From a virus, in the IMG/VR virus record IMGVR_UViG_3300031466_000110: a stretch of DNA of 64,000 bases; one strand, given 5' to 3'. The position numbers and the translations under genes are program-made. Shown here piece by piece: positions 19,984 to 30,482 of this stretch (positions are counted from its first letter, which is position 1; each line of letters starts with the position of its first letter). Below the pieces are notes generated by a model. It saw only the letters and a list, made by a program, of their open reading frames with translations, made no database searches and was not told the DNA's origin.

Positions 19984-22900
19984 TTAAAACGTAACCTTCC
20001 GCATCGAGAAAGGCGTCCGGGTCTGCATATTCGCCGCCTCATAGCACGCCATGATCCGCGACAACCCATAGGAATCAACGCGAATATCATACCCCACAAA
20101 GGTATTCGTGGCGGCATCATAAACAAACGGTTTATACGCGCCCTGCGGAACAAAGATTCGTTCGACATCGTTGAGGTAACCGATGAGCGAAACTTGCTGA
20201 CCTTGATACCAGAATGGGCGATCCTGCAGGTAGATATGCCCTTCATTATGGTCAACATGATAACCGCTGAGATCCACCAAATCTTTAAGCGACATTTCAT
20301 ATTGTTCCAACTCAAACTCTTCGTCCCCAAACTCATCCGCAAACGGATCAGCAGAAGCAGATTGTACTTGCGGAGCCGGAGCCACTTCCACATCTTCCGG
20401 AGATTTGATATTGATCGTGCTGAAGTTTACCCCATGAACCTCGCAGAAGACCTTGAGGTACTGTTGCAGGGTCTTACAAGCATGCACAACCTTACCATCC
20501 TTGAGCTTGAGCAACGGCTCTTGAATGAGATCGTTGAATTCATCAGCGGCGTTTTGCGGATCTTCAGCTTTATTGAACTCTTTCGCCGCTTTATCGACCA
20601 TCTCGACGAGCAAGGAGTAGATGACAGGCTTAATGACCTCACCTTGGTTAAGCGGATCAGTGATATACTCACGAATACGGCGGATCTTATACTCCTCATA
20701 CCCGTCAGCGACCCGCTTCTTATAAGCATCGAGATCTTCGTCCCACTCTTCGTCTGGGTCATAGGCGTTGATGATTTCATCAATATACTGCGGCGGCAAG
20801 TCTTGCTTCTTTGCCTCGTACCATGAATAGCCGATACCCGCACCTGCAAAGAGCTTACAGAAACCTTCGATCTCCAACTGAAACTCTTCGCGCCAAGCCT
20901 TGAAGAAGTAGTTCAAATTGATGGTCTTGTGAACCTCCATCAACAGTTCGTCATGAACGAAAGCATTCAAGAGTACCTTACCGAGCCAACCTTCCTTTAC
21001 GATGCGGTTAAACATCCGAACAACGGCGATCTTATAGATATCGGCGGCGGTTCCCTGAATGACATGGTTGCCCGCTTGCCGACGAATTTCACTAACTGAA
21101 TATACACCCCGGTGATAGTAACGACGGCGACCCCAGTGCGTCGAAGTGAAGCCGTTCTGTACCCCCTCGTTACGAACACGGGTAAAGAACTGTTCGATAC
21201 GCTCTTGCCCCTCGAAGAACTTCCGACGCAGAGCGGCGGCTTTTGCAGTATTTTCCGGTGTCCGCGCACCAAAGATACGGAACCCAAGCGACTCATCACC
21301 CATCCCGTAAGGCAAACCAAAGTTGATACCTTTGGACTGCGAACGGAGCGATTTGGTGACCAGCGAGTACGGAATATTGAACATCCGTGATGCTTGGTAC
21401 GTGTGATAGTCCAGATCGGGATCGTCGAACTCTTTCATAAGGTTTTCTTGCTTCGCCAACGAAGCAAGAACCCGATATTCGATCTGCGAGAAGTCACAGT
21501 CGAAATGGATGAACCCCTTACGGGGTACGATGTACTGCTTAACGATATCGTTATAAGACTGATAGTTTGGCTCCTTAACAGAGATACGCCCAGTGTCCGT
21601 ACCGAGCTGTTGCATTTCCGCAAAGATGAAACCGTCAGGAGTCGAAACAAGGTGAAGCTTTTTGATGAAGTTCTTATGGATACCCTCGTTATCCCGGTAG
21701 CTTTTAAGCGCGGTGACAAACGGATATTTCGGGTTACCATCCGCATCCGTAATCCGGGAAAGGGTAGTGAGAACCTCCTTATTCGTAGAACGCTTCTCAC
21801 CAATAACTTCAATACCAAGATCGTCAAACATGATTTTGGCGAGCTGAACCGACGAGTTCGGATTGAACTCGCGACCCGCATATGAGAACATTTCCGCCTT
21901 GTACTGCTCCAGCGCATTCATAATGCGCTCACGCATGACCGGAATCTTTTCGGTGTCAACATGATAACCGAAAAACTCCGAGTACGCCAACGCTTTAGCG
22001 AAGGTAACCTCAATTTCAAAGATGCGATGAGCATTGTACTTAGTGAGAATTTCTTCTTTCTCAATGAACTGGAACAACGTCAAAGTCATATCGCCGTCCG
22101 CAGGGGCGTACCGACGAACCAGCTCATAAGGAAGATCTGCGAAAGTTACCCCCGATTTGGAAAAGTCCGCAGAAAGAACGAAGTCCGACAACTCGAACAT
22201 ATCCAAACCGAAAATGTTCTTAACCAACGCTTTCAAGCTCAACTCGAAGGATTCCATCTCATACCGCTTCGTTACCCCGAACGCCAACATGGTGTCGTAG
22301 ACGAAGTTGGCATTGATGTCATAAATGTACGCGACCTTCCAGTCAAACTTAATGTTATGCCCGATGAGTCGCTTTCCTTCAAGGATAGGGCGCATATAAC
22401 GCTCCATAAAATACGCATGGTCGCCGCCGCAAAGGTTCTTAAAGCGTTTATGCTGAAGCGGAAAATAATCACCTTCACCGGGGCGCATGGAGAGAACTAC
22501 CCCCACAAGCTGATCGGCTTCACCTGTACGAGACTTAAAGTTGACACGCAAGCCCGTGGTTTCTGTATCGAACGAGATCAGTCCGTCATAGTTACGGTAC
22601 TTTTCAAGGGTAGCTTCAAGGGTCTCATCGGTGACGATATTGTACTTGCGCCCCAGAATCCACGCAGTATTTTTCTCCGGATGCGCGGCGATGACTTCCT
22701 CGATAGTTTCATACATCCCGAAGACATTCGTCGGTTGCTTAACAATTTCCGGTACATACTGGAAACCAAGCAAGTCCGATGAGAGCTTGAAGCCAATGTT
22801 GACAACCGGAGTATAGGAGAGGATTTTGCCGTACTTGTCCTTCTCCTTCAACTCCTTGAAAATACCAATATCGAAAATATTGTCAGCAACCTCTTCGAGT

Positions 22901-23484
22901 TCCATCGAAACATAAGGGCTGGTGAAACTCAAACTCTTAATTAGTCCCATTTCGTAAGTGATGGTTCCCAAATTAGGAATGTTGACCTGTCGGGTAGTCT
23001 TAAAGTGATCCTCCGGGTTCGCATTAAGGTCAAGTCCTTGGTTATAGTTGGACTGCCCTTGAATCTGCATATACCGAATGATCGCCGCGACCCGAGCGCA
23101 GAACAGATGATTGGTGATGTTCGTTTTATACTTATTCGTCTTTTTGATATCGAGACGTCGAGTTTTAGAGTCGCCGCCTTCCTTCTTCTCCCACTGATTG
23201 AAAACCACATGGAACGGATTATCGTAAAAGCGGGCAGACTTATAAGTAGACAGCTCCTCCAAGCGTCGATCCTTCTCTTCCTCAGTAAAAGGCTTGCCTT
23301 GCTGAGTGAAAAACGTCTCTACCCCCTTGTCCAAAACAAGGGTGGCGTTACGATAACGCTCGAAGTCAGACATATCGTCGTTAATGATATACAGCTTGGT
23401 ATCGTCAAAGCTGTCATTGGCGAAAACGCGGTAACGTACCCAACCCACGTGTTCGTCATTATAAGAAAGTGTACCTTGGAGCAA
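19984..23484 (-). CDS. polA: Family A DNA polymerase with 3'-5' exonuclease
   Basis: Exo DTETTGL and HNIKFD; TGRIS..PNYQ; motif A DFSQIEYR; motif B RSQSKGINFGLPYG; motif C VHDE. No 5'-3' exonuclease domain seen. Confidence 0.95.
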   Translation of the reverse strand: MLQGTLSYNDEHVGWVRYRVFANDSFDDTKLYIINDDMSDFERYRNATLVLDKGVETFFTQQGKPFTEEEKDRRLEELSTYKSARFYDNPFHVVFNQWEKKEGGDSKTRRLDIKKTNKYKTNITNHLFCARVAAIIRYMQIQGQSNYNQGLDLNANPEDHFKTTRQVNIPNLGTITYEMGLIKSLSFTSPYVSMELEEVADNIFDIGIFKELKEKDKYGKILSYTPVVNIGFKLSSDLLGFQYVPEIVKQPTNVFGMYETIEEVIAAHPEKNTAWILGRKYNIVTDETLEATLEKYRNYDGLISFDTETTGLRVNFKSRTGEADQLVGVVLSMRPGEGDYFPLQHKRFKNLCGGDHAYFMERYMRPILEGKRLIGHNIKFDWKVAYIYDINANFVYDTMLAFGVTKRYEMESFELSLKALVKNIFGLDMFELSDFVLSADFSKSGVTFADLPYELVRRYAPADGDMTLTLFQFIEKEEILTKYNAHRIFEIEVTFAKALAYSEFFGYHVDTEKIPVMRERIMNALEQYKAEMFSYAGREFNPNSSVQLAKIMFDDLGIEVIGEKRSTNKEVLTTLSRITDADGNPKYPFVTALKSYRDNEGIHKNFIKKLHLVSTPDGFIFAEMQQLGTDTGRISVKEPNYQSYNDIVKQYIVPRKGFIHFDCDFSQIEYRVLASLAKQENLMKEFDDPDLDYHTYQASRMFNIPYSLVTKSLRSQSKGINFGLPYGMGDESLGFRIFGARTPENTAKAAALRRKFFEGQERIEQFFTRVRNEGVQNGFTSTHWGRRRYYHRGVYSVSEIRRQAGNHVIQGTAADIYKIAVVRMFNRIVKEGWLGKVLLNAFVHDELLMEVHKTINLNYFFKAWREEFQLEIEGFCKLFAGAGIGYSWYEAKKQDLPPQYIDEIINAYDPDEEWDEDLDAYKKRVADGYEEYKIRRIREYITDPLNQGEVIKPVIYSLLVEMVDKAAKEFNKAEDPQNAADEFNDLIQEPLLKLKDGKVVHACKTLQQYLKVFCEVHGVNFSTINIKSPEDVEVAPAPQVQSASADPFADEFGDEEFELEQYEMSLKDLVDLSGYHVDHNEGHIYLQDRPFWYQGQQVSLIGYLNDVERIFVPQGAYKPFVYDAATNTFVGYDIRVDSYGLSRIMACYEAANMQTRTPFSMRKVTF

Positions 23485-23498
23485 CGACTGTTCCTCCT

Positions 23499-23981
23499 TT
23501 ACTCAAGACTATTCAGAAAATCCAATGCCGACTCCTGCTGATGCGAATTGGTGCCGTAAGCCTTAAATAAGACCTTCGAATTGGCAGTTTGACTAAGAAT
23601 AACCTCTACTGGATTGTAAAGCGCAGAAAACTCCAGCAAAAGGTCAGCATGTGCGTCCGTATAAGGTTGCGGTACGAAAGACTGAGCGCACCAGTCATAA
23701 ACGACCGCGTTACCAATGAACAGATAAATTTGCTCATCCTTGGGGAGTACCCCCGCATTGATCAGAGGATTGAGCTTACGAACACCCCACAGGAGCGAGT
23801 TGAGAGCGCTGAAAAACTTATGTTGCGGTAAGTCTACCGTAGTAACCGCTGAATAAAGCAGTTTTCCCTGATTAGAATAGACCGTGATGCCGTGCTTTTC
23901 CTTACCCTTTTGACGATCTTTCTTAAAGCCAACATAGACTTTCACACAAATCGCCTCCCGAAAACTGTTAATTATAAACAA
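23499..23981 (-). CDS. Hypothetical protein, possibly degenerate RNase H-like fold
   Basis: Beta-beta-beta-alpha pattern, directly upstream of polA; catalytic residues not evident. Confidence 0.5.
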   Translation of the reverse strand: MFIINSFREAICVKVYVGFKKDRQKGKEKHGITVYSNQGKLLYSAVTTVDLPQHKFFSALNSLLWGVRKLNPLINAGVLPKDEQIYLFIGNAVVYDWCAQSFVPQPYTDAHADLLLEFSALYNPVEVILSQTANSKVLFKAYGTNSHQQESALDFLNSLE

Positions 23982-24045
23982 ACTCTAACGAACAATGACC
24001 GAAGACAAAGAAAAATCCTGTGATAATACGAAAAGGAGAATTCCC

Positions 24046-24411
24046 CTACATGTCATCATCCGTAGAGTCTGAAATTCTCCTTTGGATTGGGAAATTATCT
24101 TCGATGGGCAGATGGAGCGTCGGAGGGAGAGTCGGAACTTGATACTTACCAACCTTGGGGCGAGGTTGATTATGCCGAAGACGCATTTTCTCATACCGCC
24201 AGCGCTTACGAAGTGCCGAAGAAAGCCAAAGCAAATGGACGTAAAGCCCTCGAATATTACCCCCTAATACCGAGTACAACGCTGTCAGGATTCCACAGAT
24301 TATCAACATAAAAATCGCCGTCAGGATCAACGCCGTCACGTCTACACTGAAAGGCGAAAGTCGATAGATTGTCTCGAAAAAGGACTTGATAGAAAGCTCT
24401 TCGATTCTCAT
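24046..24411 (-). CDS. Small membrane protein
   Basis: GGGG RBS; one hydrophobic segment. Confidence 0.55.
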   Translation of the reverse strand: MRIEELSIKSFFETIYRLSPFSVDVTALILTAIFMLIICGILTALYSVLGGNIRGLYVHLLWLSSALRKRWRYEKMRLRHNQPRPKVGKYQVPTLPPTLHLPIEDNFPIQRRISDSTDDDM

Positions 24412-24628
24412 GTCTACCCCCTACTATCGAAAAATTTTACTACCTGTAACAAACGTATATCGGTTTCTCATGAAAAGGACACAAGTGGAAAAGTCGCGCA
24501 GAAATGATCGGGTGGGAAAGGGAAGTACAAGAGTGAGAGGACGGTAGACGACGAGAACGGGCTGTAAGGGCAAACAACGAAGGCTGGCTGTGAGGAACAT
24601 GCGGTAAGGTCGATGCGGGCGGCAGAAA

Positions 24629-24654
24629 GGAGGGAGGGAGGGAGGGAGGGAGGG
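24629..24654 (+). repeat. (AGGG)6 purine tract
   Basis: GGAGGGAGGGAGGGAGGGAGGGAGGG in an intergenic region. Confidence 0.9.
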
Positions 24655-24758
24655 TAAAATGAGCAAAGGAAAAGGCACGTCCGGGAGAACCAAACGTGCC
24701 TCGCGTATTTTCAAACCCTAACATCCGAGCGATCACAACGTTGCGACCGTTGCGACGG

Positions 24759-25889
24759 CTACTTGCGCTTCTTAATATGGAGCGTGACCGGAAGATCAAA
24801 AGCCCGATCAAATGCACCATCATTCCGATACTTGATACGGATAATCCCGTAATTGAACGTGCGCGTAGGCTTAATATACAAATTGTCCGGGGAGATCGCG
24901 ATGATAGAGCCAACACCCCGAGCGATCAGATTGGCTACCAACTCTACACGCACCCGATTGATGAACTTCTCACGATCCATATTGATCTCCGACTCACCAG
25001 CCGGAGTCGTGAGCTTGTAGAAGTCACCGCACCACTTAATAAACTTGGTGTCTACCCCCTGCGGCACGTAGACCTCTTCATACACGTGGTTCATGAACTC
25101 CGAATAATCGATACGATAAATATCGCACATGGAGCTACCGATGACATCCCACTTGAAGTAATCCGGGTTACGCGACATTTCGAGCGTAGTGGGGTTGATA
25201 TAATGATACTCCCCATCATCTTCGCCCACAATGGTCGGCATATCCGGGAGCTTCGAAAGAACATGGAGCTTACCGGGGCGGATCAGTATCTCCTTGATTT
25301 GTCCTTCAACGGACGGCTTCGTCAGATTCGGAAGCTCCGCAAAGAAATGACCAAGAGTCCCAAAAGTGTACTCCGGTCCGAACTTCTCCACCAAGGAACG
25401 AACCGCTTGCCAAAGTTCCTTATCCTTAGAACGAAACTCCTTAATTCTTCGCAGATGCTTGTCATCATCATAGTTAAAAATGTGCTGAAGCTTCATAAAG
25501 GAGTCCGGATTACGCAGATAAAGCTTTTTGAACTCACCCACCAATTCGCTATTCCCGTCAAACGTAGTCGTCTCGATAATTTCCGAAAGACTGCGGAAAA
25601 TGGTGCTGATTTCGCCACCTTCATCGTAGACCGTGAACGGGATATCCCTCGTGCGAGAACGCATAATGTTGCGGGCGAGCTTCTTGATATATGGGTGCAA
25701 ATTGTCATAACGCCCATCTTGGTTCTCGAGGGCTACCAAGTAGGCAGAATGCATGGCTTCTTCCCAATGAACGGGATTGAATTTCTTGAAGTACCGCTCA
25801 TTAGCGTTGATAGTAGCGAGGACTCGTGCCGCATATGAGTCCCCACTACCCCCAGAAGCCGAACCCTTATTCAGGGAAAACGTTAACAA
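24759..25889 (-). CDS. Hypothetical protein; N-terminus weakly resembles sigma-70 region 2
   Basis: EEAMHSAYLVALE...YDNLHPYIKKLARNIMR; overlaps the upstream gene. Confidence 0.6.
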   Translation of the reverse strand: MLTFSLNKGSASGGSGDSYAARVLATINANERYFKKFNPVHWEEAMHSAYLVALENQDGRYDNLHPYIKKLARNIMRSRTRDIPFTVYDEGGEISTIFRSLSEIIETTTFDGNSELVGEFKKLYLRNPDSFMKLQHIFNYDDDKHLRRIKEFRSKDKELWQAVRSLVEKFGPEYTFGTLGHFFAELPNLTKPSVEGQIKEILIRPGKLHVLSKLPDMPTIVGEDDGEYHYINPTTLEMSRNPDYFKWDVIGSSMCDIYRIDYSEFMNHVYEEVYVPQGVDTKFIKWCGDFYKLTTPAGESEINMDREKFINRVRVELVANLIARGVGSIIAISPDNLYIKPTRTFNYGIIRIKYRNDGAFDRAFDLPVTLHIKKRK

Positions 25890-26515
25890 CTCAAAGCTCG
25901 CTCCTTAAAGAGCGCATCCAAACGCTCCAAGCAGAACACATTCAGGAGAATCCCCTCGATCAATGCTCCCAAATTGTGCTCCTTCACCAATTCGTGGAGC
26001 TTGTCCACCATAACAGCATTCATTTTGCGGGCGGCATTGAAGACACGCCACAGATCGACACCATGCTCAATCAGCAGTTCATCATGTTTGAGCAGGAACT
26101 CATTTACCAACGAAACCGCCTCTTCAGAGTCCAACACCGTGTCCAACGAGGTGTCAACGAAAGCCGCGACGCGAGTATGTACCCCGTAGCTGTACTCCTT
26201 CGTTTCCTCATCATCCAGAATCGGAACATAACGCTTGACTTCACTGCGCATCGTGTTGAGAGCGCAACCTACCGCATAAGCGTCCACGTCAGTATCAGAA
26301 ATGCGCGTTTTAACATCTCGCGTATCCCGCCAACGCTTGCCCGGACGATGCGTCTCAATGTACATTTGCTCGGCGGCGGTAAAGCAGGCTTCGGAAAGCC
26401 ATTCCCGCCCCGCTTGCGTCTTCGGCAGATGCTCCATCTGCATGAATTTTGCCGTAGTCGCGATGTCCAACAAAGAACGATTGATCGAAAACGTTAACAA
26501 CACATACCCCTCCAA
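25883..26515 (-). CDS. Hypothetical protein
   Basis: 210-aa ORF downstream of a promoter-like element. Confidence 0.7.
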   Translation of the reverse strand: MEGYVLLTFSINRSLLDIATTAKFMQMEHLPKTQAGREWLSEACFTAAEQMYIETHRPGKRWRDTRDVKTRISDTDVDAYAVGCALNTMRSEVKRYVPILDDEETKEYSYGVHTRVAAFVDTSLDTVLDSEEAVSLVNEFLLKHDELLIEHGVDLWRVFNAARKMNAVMVDKLHELVKEHNLGALIEGILLNVFCLERLDALFKERALSC

Positions 26516-26544
26516 TGACCCATTCTTTCTGACCGAACGTCTTT

Positions 26545-26573
26545 ATTTTAACATGTCCTATCAAAAATTTCAA
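26545..26573 (-). promoter_or_regulatory. Putative sigma-A promoter TTGAAA-N17-TAAAAT with extended TG
   Basis: Near-consensus hexamers with 17-bp spacer. Confidence 0.6.
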
Positions 26574-26846
26574 GGTTTCTCTTGCTTTTTATCAAAAATT
26601 TATACCATTTCTTTGCTGAAAAACTGCAAGTAAAACGAACATGCGACTTCCTGACCAGTACCCCGACCGATAATCCGAAAATTGTCGCTAGGACAAGCAT
26701 ACATACCCCAAAGCCGCGAAGAAGGAGCGCTGAGTCCTAAGACCCAACACTCCAATCTTCCAGCCGTATGGTGAGTGTACAAGATAAGTCCCGAGACGTA
26801 AGTAAAGTGCGTGAAAAGTCAAGAGGGGAGAAGGAAGATGGAAAGA

Positions 26847-28001
26847 TTACCCCTCATCCACGACAGAAGCCACCGCTTCCTCCAGTTGCTCATCAGTGAT
26901 CGAAGCGTCAAGGTCTTCCGTGCCAACCGTGTCGCCCTCTTCGACCCCAGCGCGTTGCAGAATGAACTTGACCGCTTTCTCCGCTTGGGATACCCCCTTG
27001 AGCAACTCATCAGGGTTGTCCTTCATCCATCTGCACCAACTATGGATGTACTCCATCGAGTTCTGATGCCACTTGCTGTCTTCCTGCGTGAAACCCGCTT
27101 CCGTAGCAAGAAGCTGAGCGCCAACCTCCGCGATAAGTTCCTCACGCGAACGCTCACGCAGATTGTTGTGGTACTTGTGGAACACTTCGCGGTCGAGACG
27201 CTTTTTCGGTCCGGTAGAATGCACCATCTCGTGGAAGATGGTACGGTAGTACGCCTCAGAGGACTCATAATGCTCCGGCGGTGGCGATTCAATCGTGTCG
27301 ATGAGCGGAAGGTACGCCGCTTCGAAACCTTTGATGAGAGGGATTTTCTCCGCTTGGAGATAACCATTCATGATCTTGTCAGCGTCAGTATGTCGCACGA
27401 ACAGCGTTACCCCCAGCTTAGTAGGGAGCTTGTTACCATTCTCGTCCTCAATATCTGCGATATCGTAAACCCGATAGTAACGCAGAGTGAACTTGAGACG
27501 ATACGGCGAACCATCAGCCCGACGACGAACAAGCCAACCGAAGCCTTTGTCCTGCAGTTCCTTTACCCGATCCTCCGTGAGATCGATTTCATGCGGCTTG
27601 AAGAAAACCACGATCTCAAAGGCTTTCGGGTCTTTGATGCGGTATGTGGTGTTGTGACGCTCATTATACTTTTCGAGCTGTTTCCATGTGATAAACTCAC
27701 CACTACCGCCCCACAAAAGATAGGGATTAATTCCCGTGTACTCCCGCTCGGTAAACCAGTTGATACATGCCGAACGGAACGGGCGTTGCCAAGGCATGAG
27801 GTTACTTTCCTGAATTTTGGCGATAATCCGCTCCGCAACAATTTGAGAGACGGTCTTCTTCCCTACCCCCGACGCGCCTTCCGTTGCCGAGGGTGAACTT
27901 GTGCGAGAACGGCTCGAAGTCGACTTGGAGCCAGTGCCTTTACTCTTCGTCGATTTGGAAGCCGTAGACTTACCTTTCTTCTGCTCCGTCATGAAGTACA
28001 C
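26847..28001 (-). CDS. ardC: ArdC-family antirestriction ssDNA-binding protein
   Basis: PWQRP, Y.GIN (DUF1738-like) and zincin-like YY.TIFHEMVHSTG...RLDR...EELIAE. Confidence 0.9.
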   Translation of the reverse strand: MYFMTEQKKGKSTASKSTKSKGTGSKSTSSRSRTSSPSATEGASGVGKKTVSQIVAERIIAKIQESNLMPWQRPFRSACINWFTEREYTGINPYLLWGGSGEFITWKQLEKYNERHNTTYRIKDPKAFEIVVFFKPHEIDLTEDRVKELQDKGFGWLVRRRADGSPYRLKFTLRYYRVYDIADIEDENGNKLPTKLGVTLFVRHTDADKIMNGYLQAEKIPLIKGFEAAYLPLIDTIESPPPEHYESSEAYYRTIFHEMVHSTGPKKRLDREVFHKYHNNLRERSREELIAEVGAQLLATEAGFTQEDSKWHQNSMEYIHSWCRWMKDNPDELLKGVSQAEKAVKFILQRAGVEEGDTVGTEDLDASITDEQLEEAVASVVDEG

Positions 28002-28121
28002 CTCCGATTCATTTACTCAATATACCCCCGATTCGAGAAAAATTAGCGTGAAGTTTACGAAAAAGGCACTTTAGGTGTGGAGAATTTGCACCCAAAGTGC
28101 CCGCAAAAGGATGCAGGTCAA

Positions 28122-28491
28122 TCAGTACGTCACATCTTCGAGCAGGACTTCCAAATACACGAACCCCCACTCAATGCCGTCGATATCCGGGGTGATTTGC
28201 TTGCCCTTCGCATTATACTGCGGCGCGGAAATATCCATTTGCTCCAGTTCCGCGAGCTTTTCCGGTTTATAGCAGTACGGAAAGATGAAGCCCACCTCGA
28301 ACAGCGTCGGGAACTCCTCAATCAGCGACTCCGAATGCCGGGAGATCGCATCCCGCAGAGGATACGGATCGCCATTTGAAGCAGGATACCCCCTCGTTAG
28401 GGTACAGAAGGATTTGACGGATGTCCAGAGTAAAGCGCACCCGAAGGTTTTTGCACCCCTTGAAGGGCGAGTCCACCACTTGCTTTTCCAT
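28122..28491 (-). pseudogene. Possible small gene frameshifted in a G5 run
   Basis: MEKQVVDSPFKGCKNLRVRFTLDIRQILLYPNE continues as GYPASNGDPYPLRDAIS...LLEDVTY* if one G at 28389-28393 is removed. Confidence 0.4.
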
Positions 28492-28681
28492 CGTGTCCCG
28501 CCGCAGAAAGCCGCAGACCCTATAATTCAGATCTCCGCTACTGCGAAAGACGGCATCACGCCGAGGGATTAAGTACGAGCCTATTGTACCCCTAGAGTCT
28601 GGGAATGACAAGGGGGTATGTCGAAAAAGACGGAACGAAATGCGGAAAAATGAAAAAGATTGGGGCGTGGGGCGGGAAAAT

Positions 28682-28820
28682 CTTCAGTTAAAAGAAGGGT
28701 TGCCTTCAGTTATAAAATGGTTTCACTTCGTTATAAAATTTCCCTTCACCTTAGAATGTTTCTCAACTCTGTACCTTCGTTACATATGTTGTAACCAGTG
28801 AAGTTTCAGTTCGTTAAAAG
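28682..28820. repeat. AT-rich region with iteron-like CTTC(A)GTTA(T)AAA repeats
   Basis: Copies at 28682, 28704, 28726 (exact 22-bp period); degenerate copies near 28744, 28775, 28809. Confidence 0.6.
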
Positions 28821-28876
28821 AAAAATTCTCCGCAGAGCAGAAAATTCTACTCCACAGAGAATTTGATACGCATCTA

Positions 28877-29719
28877 TTAAGGAGTAACCCATTCTTCCGC
28901 CACCATTTTAGCATGGATGACCAAACGATCCTCAGTTCCAGCCGGTCCGTAACAAGTAGAGAAGGTAAGAATGCGATCCAACGGAGAAATATCACTGTCA
29001 AACAGGGGCATGGTGTTGCGTTCCTTAATCATATCGATAAACTCCTGCTTTTCCTGCTCGTCAGTGAAGACCTGATCAACATACTTCCAATCCTCATAGT
29101 TGGTGACGTAAACCGAAACCACCTGAAAAACCATTTTGCTGTACGGAGTCGTAAGCTGAATAATTTCCTTGATGGTCTTTTCAGACTCCTTCACGTTAAA
29201 AATTTCCTTCAACGCACCAAACATCTGGCGATTGGAGTTATTGTGCCCATAAAACACCGTATTAAACCCCATAATCTCCATATTGGATCGAACATCCGCA
29301 AAAACCCAACCCAACTTACTCGGTTTCTTATCCACGTCATGTGTGAGATAGAACTCATTATCAGTGGTCTGAACAATCGGAATGCTTACCCCCACCGCGT
29401 CAAACTTCAACCACGCTACAATGTCGGGATTCCGCTCTTTGAGAGAGGTGAAATCCACTTCAATATATGGTGGACGCTTTACCCCCTCGGGGGTGGAATC
29501 ATCTGCAGTTACAATTCCATCCTCCGGGGTGGAAGAGCCGACGTCTTCGACCTCGACAACTTCTTGGTACTGGATAGTTTGCAAAAGATTCTCAGTGTTG
29601 TCGGAAGTCGAGAACCAATAATAAATATTTAACAGTATAACTCCCGTGAACACAAGACAGAATCCCGCCAGCAACAACAAGTAGTTATTTTTCATCCAAG
29701 TTAAAATGCGCTGTGCCAT
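28877..29719 (-). CDS. srtB: Class B sortase
   Basis: N-terminal TM, NPDIVAWL, DNEFYL.HD, YGHN...MFG.L, TFSTC and downstream R; start MAQRI after GGAGG. Confidence 0.92.
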   Translation of the reverse strand: MAQRILTWMKNNYLLLLAGFCLVFTGVILLNIYYWFSTSDNTENLLQTIQYQEVVEVEDVGSSTPEDGIVTADDSTPEGVKRPPYIEVDFTSLKERNPDIVAWLKFDAVGVSIPIVQTTDNEFYLTHDVDKKPSKLGWVFADVRSNMEIMGFNTVFYGHNNSNRQMFGALKEIFNVKESEKTIKEIIQLTTPYSKMVFQVVSVYVTNYEDWKYVDQVFTDEQEKQEFIDMIKERNTMPLFDSDISPLDRILTFSTCYGPAGTEDRLVIHAKMVAEEWVTP

Positions 29720-29732
29720 CAAACAACCCTCC

Positions 29733-30470
29733 TTAGAAATTATCAACGCTAGACGCCTTCGACAAACCAAAGAGGTCATGCGCTTTTTGCTTGATCGGAG
29801 GGAGCTTTGGAGCCTTCGGAGTCTTTTCAACGCGCTCCTTCTGAACTTTAGGTGCGCGTTCCTTCGGAGCCTTCGGCTCTTTCACCTTGGGCGCTTTCGG
29901 TTCTCGCACACGAAGCGGGTAAAACATGAGCTTGTCCAACTCCTCCGGCGAAAAAACCGGAATAAGTGGAGTCGAATCCGAAATGTTTACCGGAATACGC
30001 GCTTCAGGAATCTTACGAGGAAGAACCCCCACGTCCACCCAACCGAAGTTTACCCCCTCGATCCTCAAGAAGTCTCCACCAAGGATACGAAGTTTCGGGA
30101 ATTCAGCAGTAAACTTCCGCGCCAAACGCATGTCATGACAAGAAGACGGCAGATTCACAACCGGAGTAACCTCCGGCAACGTAGCAGTAAGATACTGCAA
30201 ACTGTTCCGCAAAACTTCATCGAAACCTTGAAACTCGCCATACACCAAGACAGGCTTGTCCTGATCCGGGAACTCTACACCCTTAAGCGTATCGGGATTG
30301 TCCGTGTACTCATAAGCCACCACATTCGGATTAGACTTGTGCTTCTCCATCGCTGAAAGAAGGGTGGTGGCATCGACTTGCAGAATCATCGCAAGTCGAA
30401 TGGTTTTCCCATCTTTTACCCCCTCGGGCGCGGCATCCTTTACGTCATCGTACCGAATTCGCAAAAGCAT
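29733..30470 (-). CDS. Hypothetical protein with K/P-rich tail
   Basis: GGAGG RBS; EPKAPK repeats. Confidence 0.7.
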   Translation of the reverse strand: MLLRIRYDDVKDAAPEGVKDGKTIRLAMILQVDATTLLSAMEKHKSNPNVVAYEYTDNPDTLKGVEFPDQDKPVLVYGEFQGFDEVLRNSLQYLTATLPEVTPVVNLPSSCHDMRLARKFTAEFPKLRILGGDFLRIEGVNFGWVDVGVLPRKIPEARIPVNISDSTPLIPVFSPEELDKLMFYPLRVREPKAPKVKEPKAPKERAPKVQKERVEKTPKAPKLPPIKQKAHDLFGLSKASSVDNF

Positions 30471-30482
30471 GTATTAACCTCC

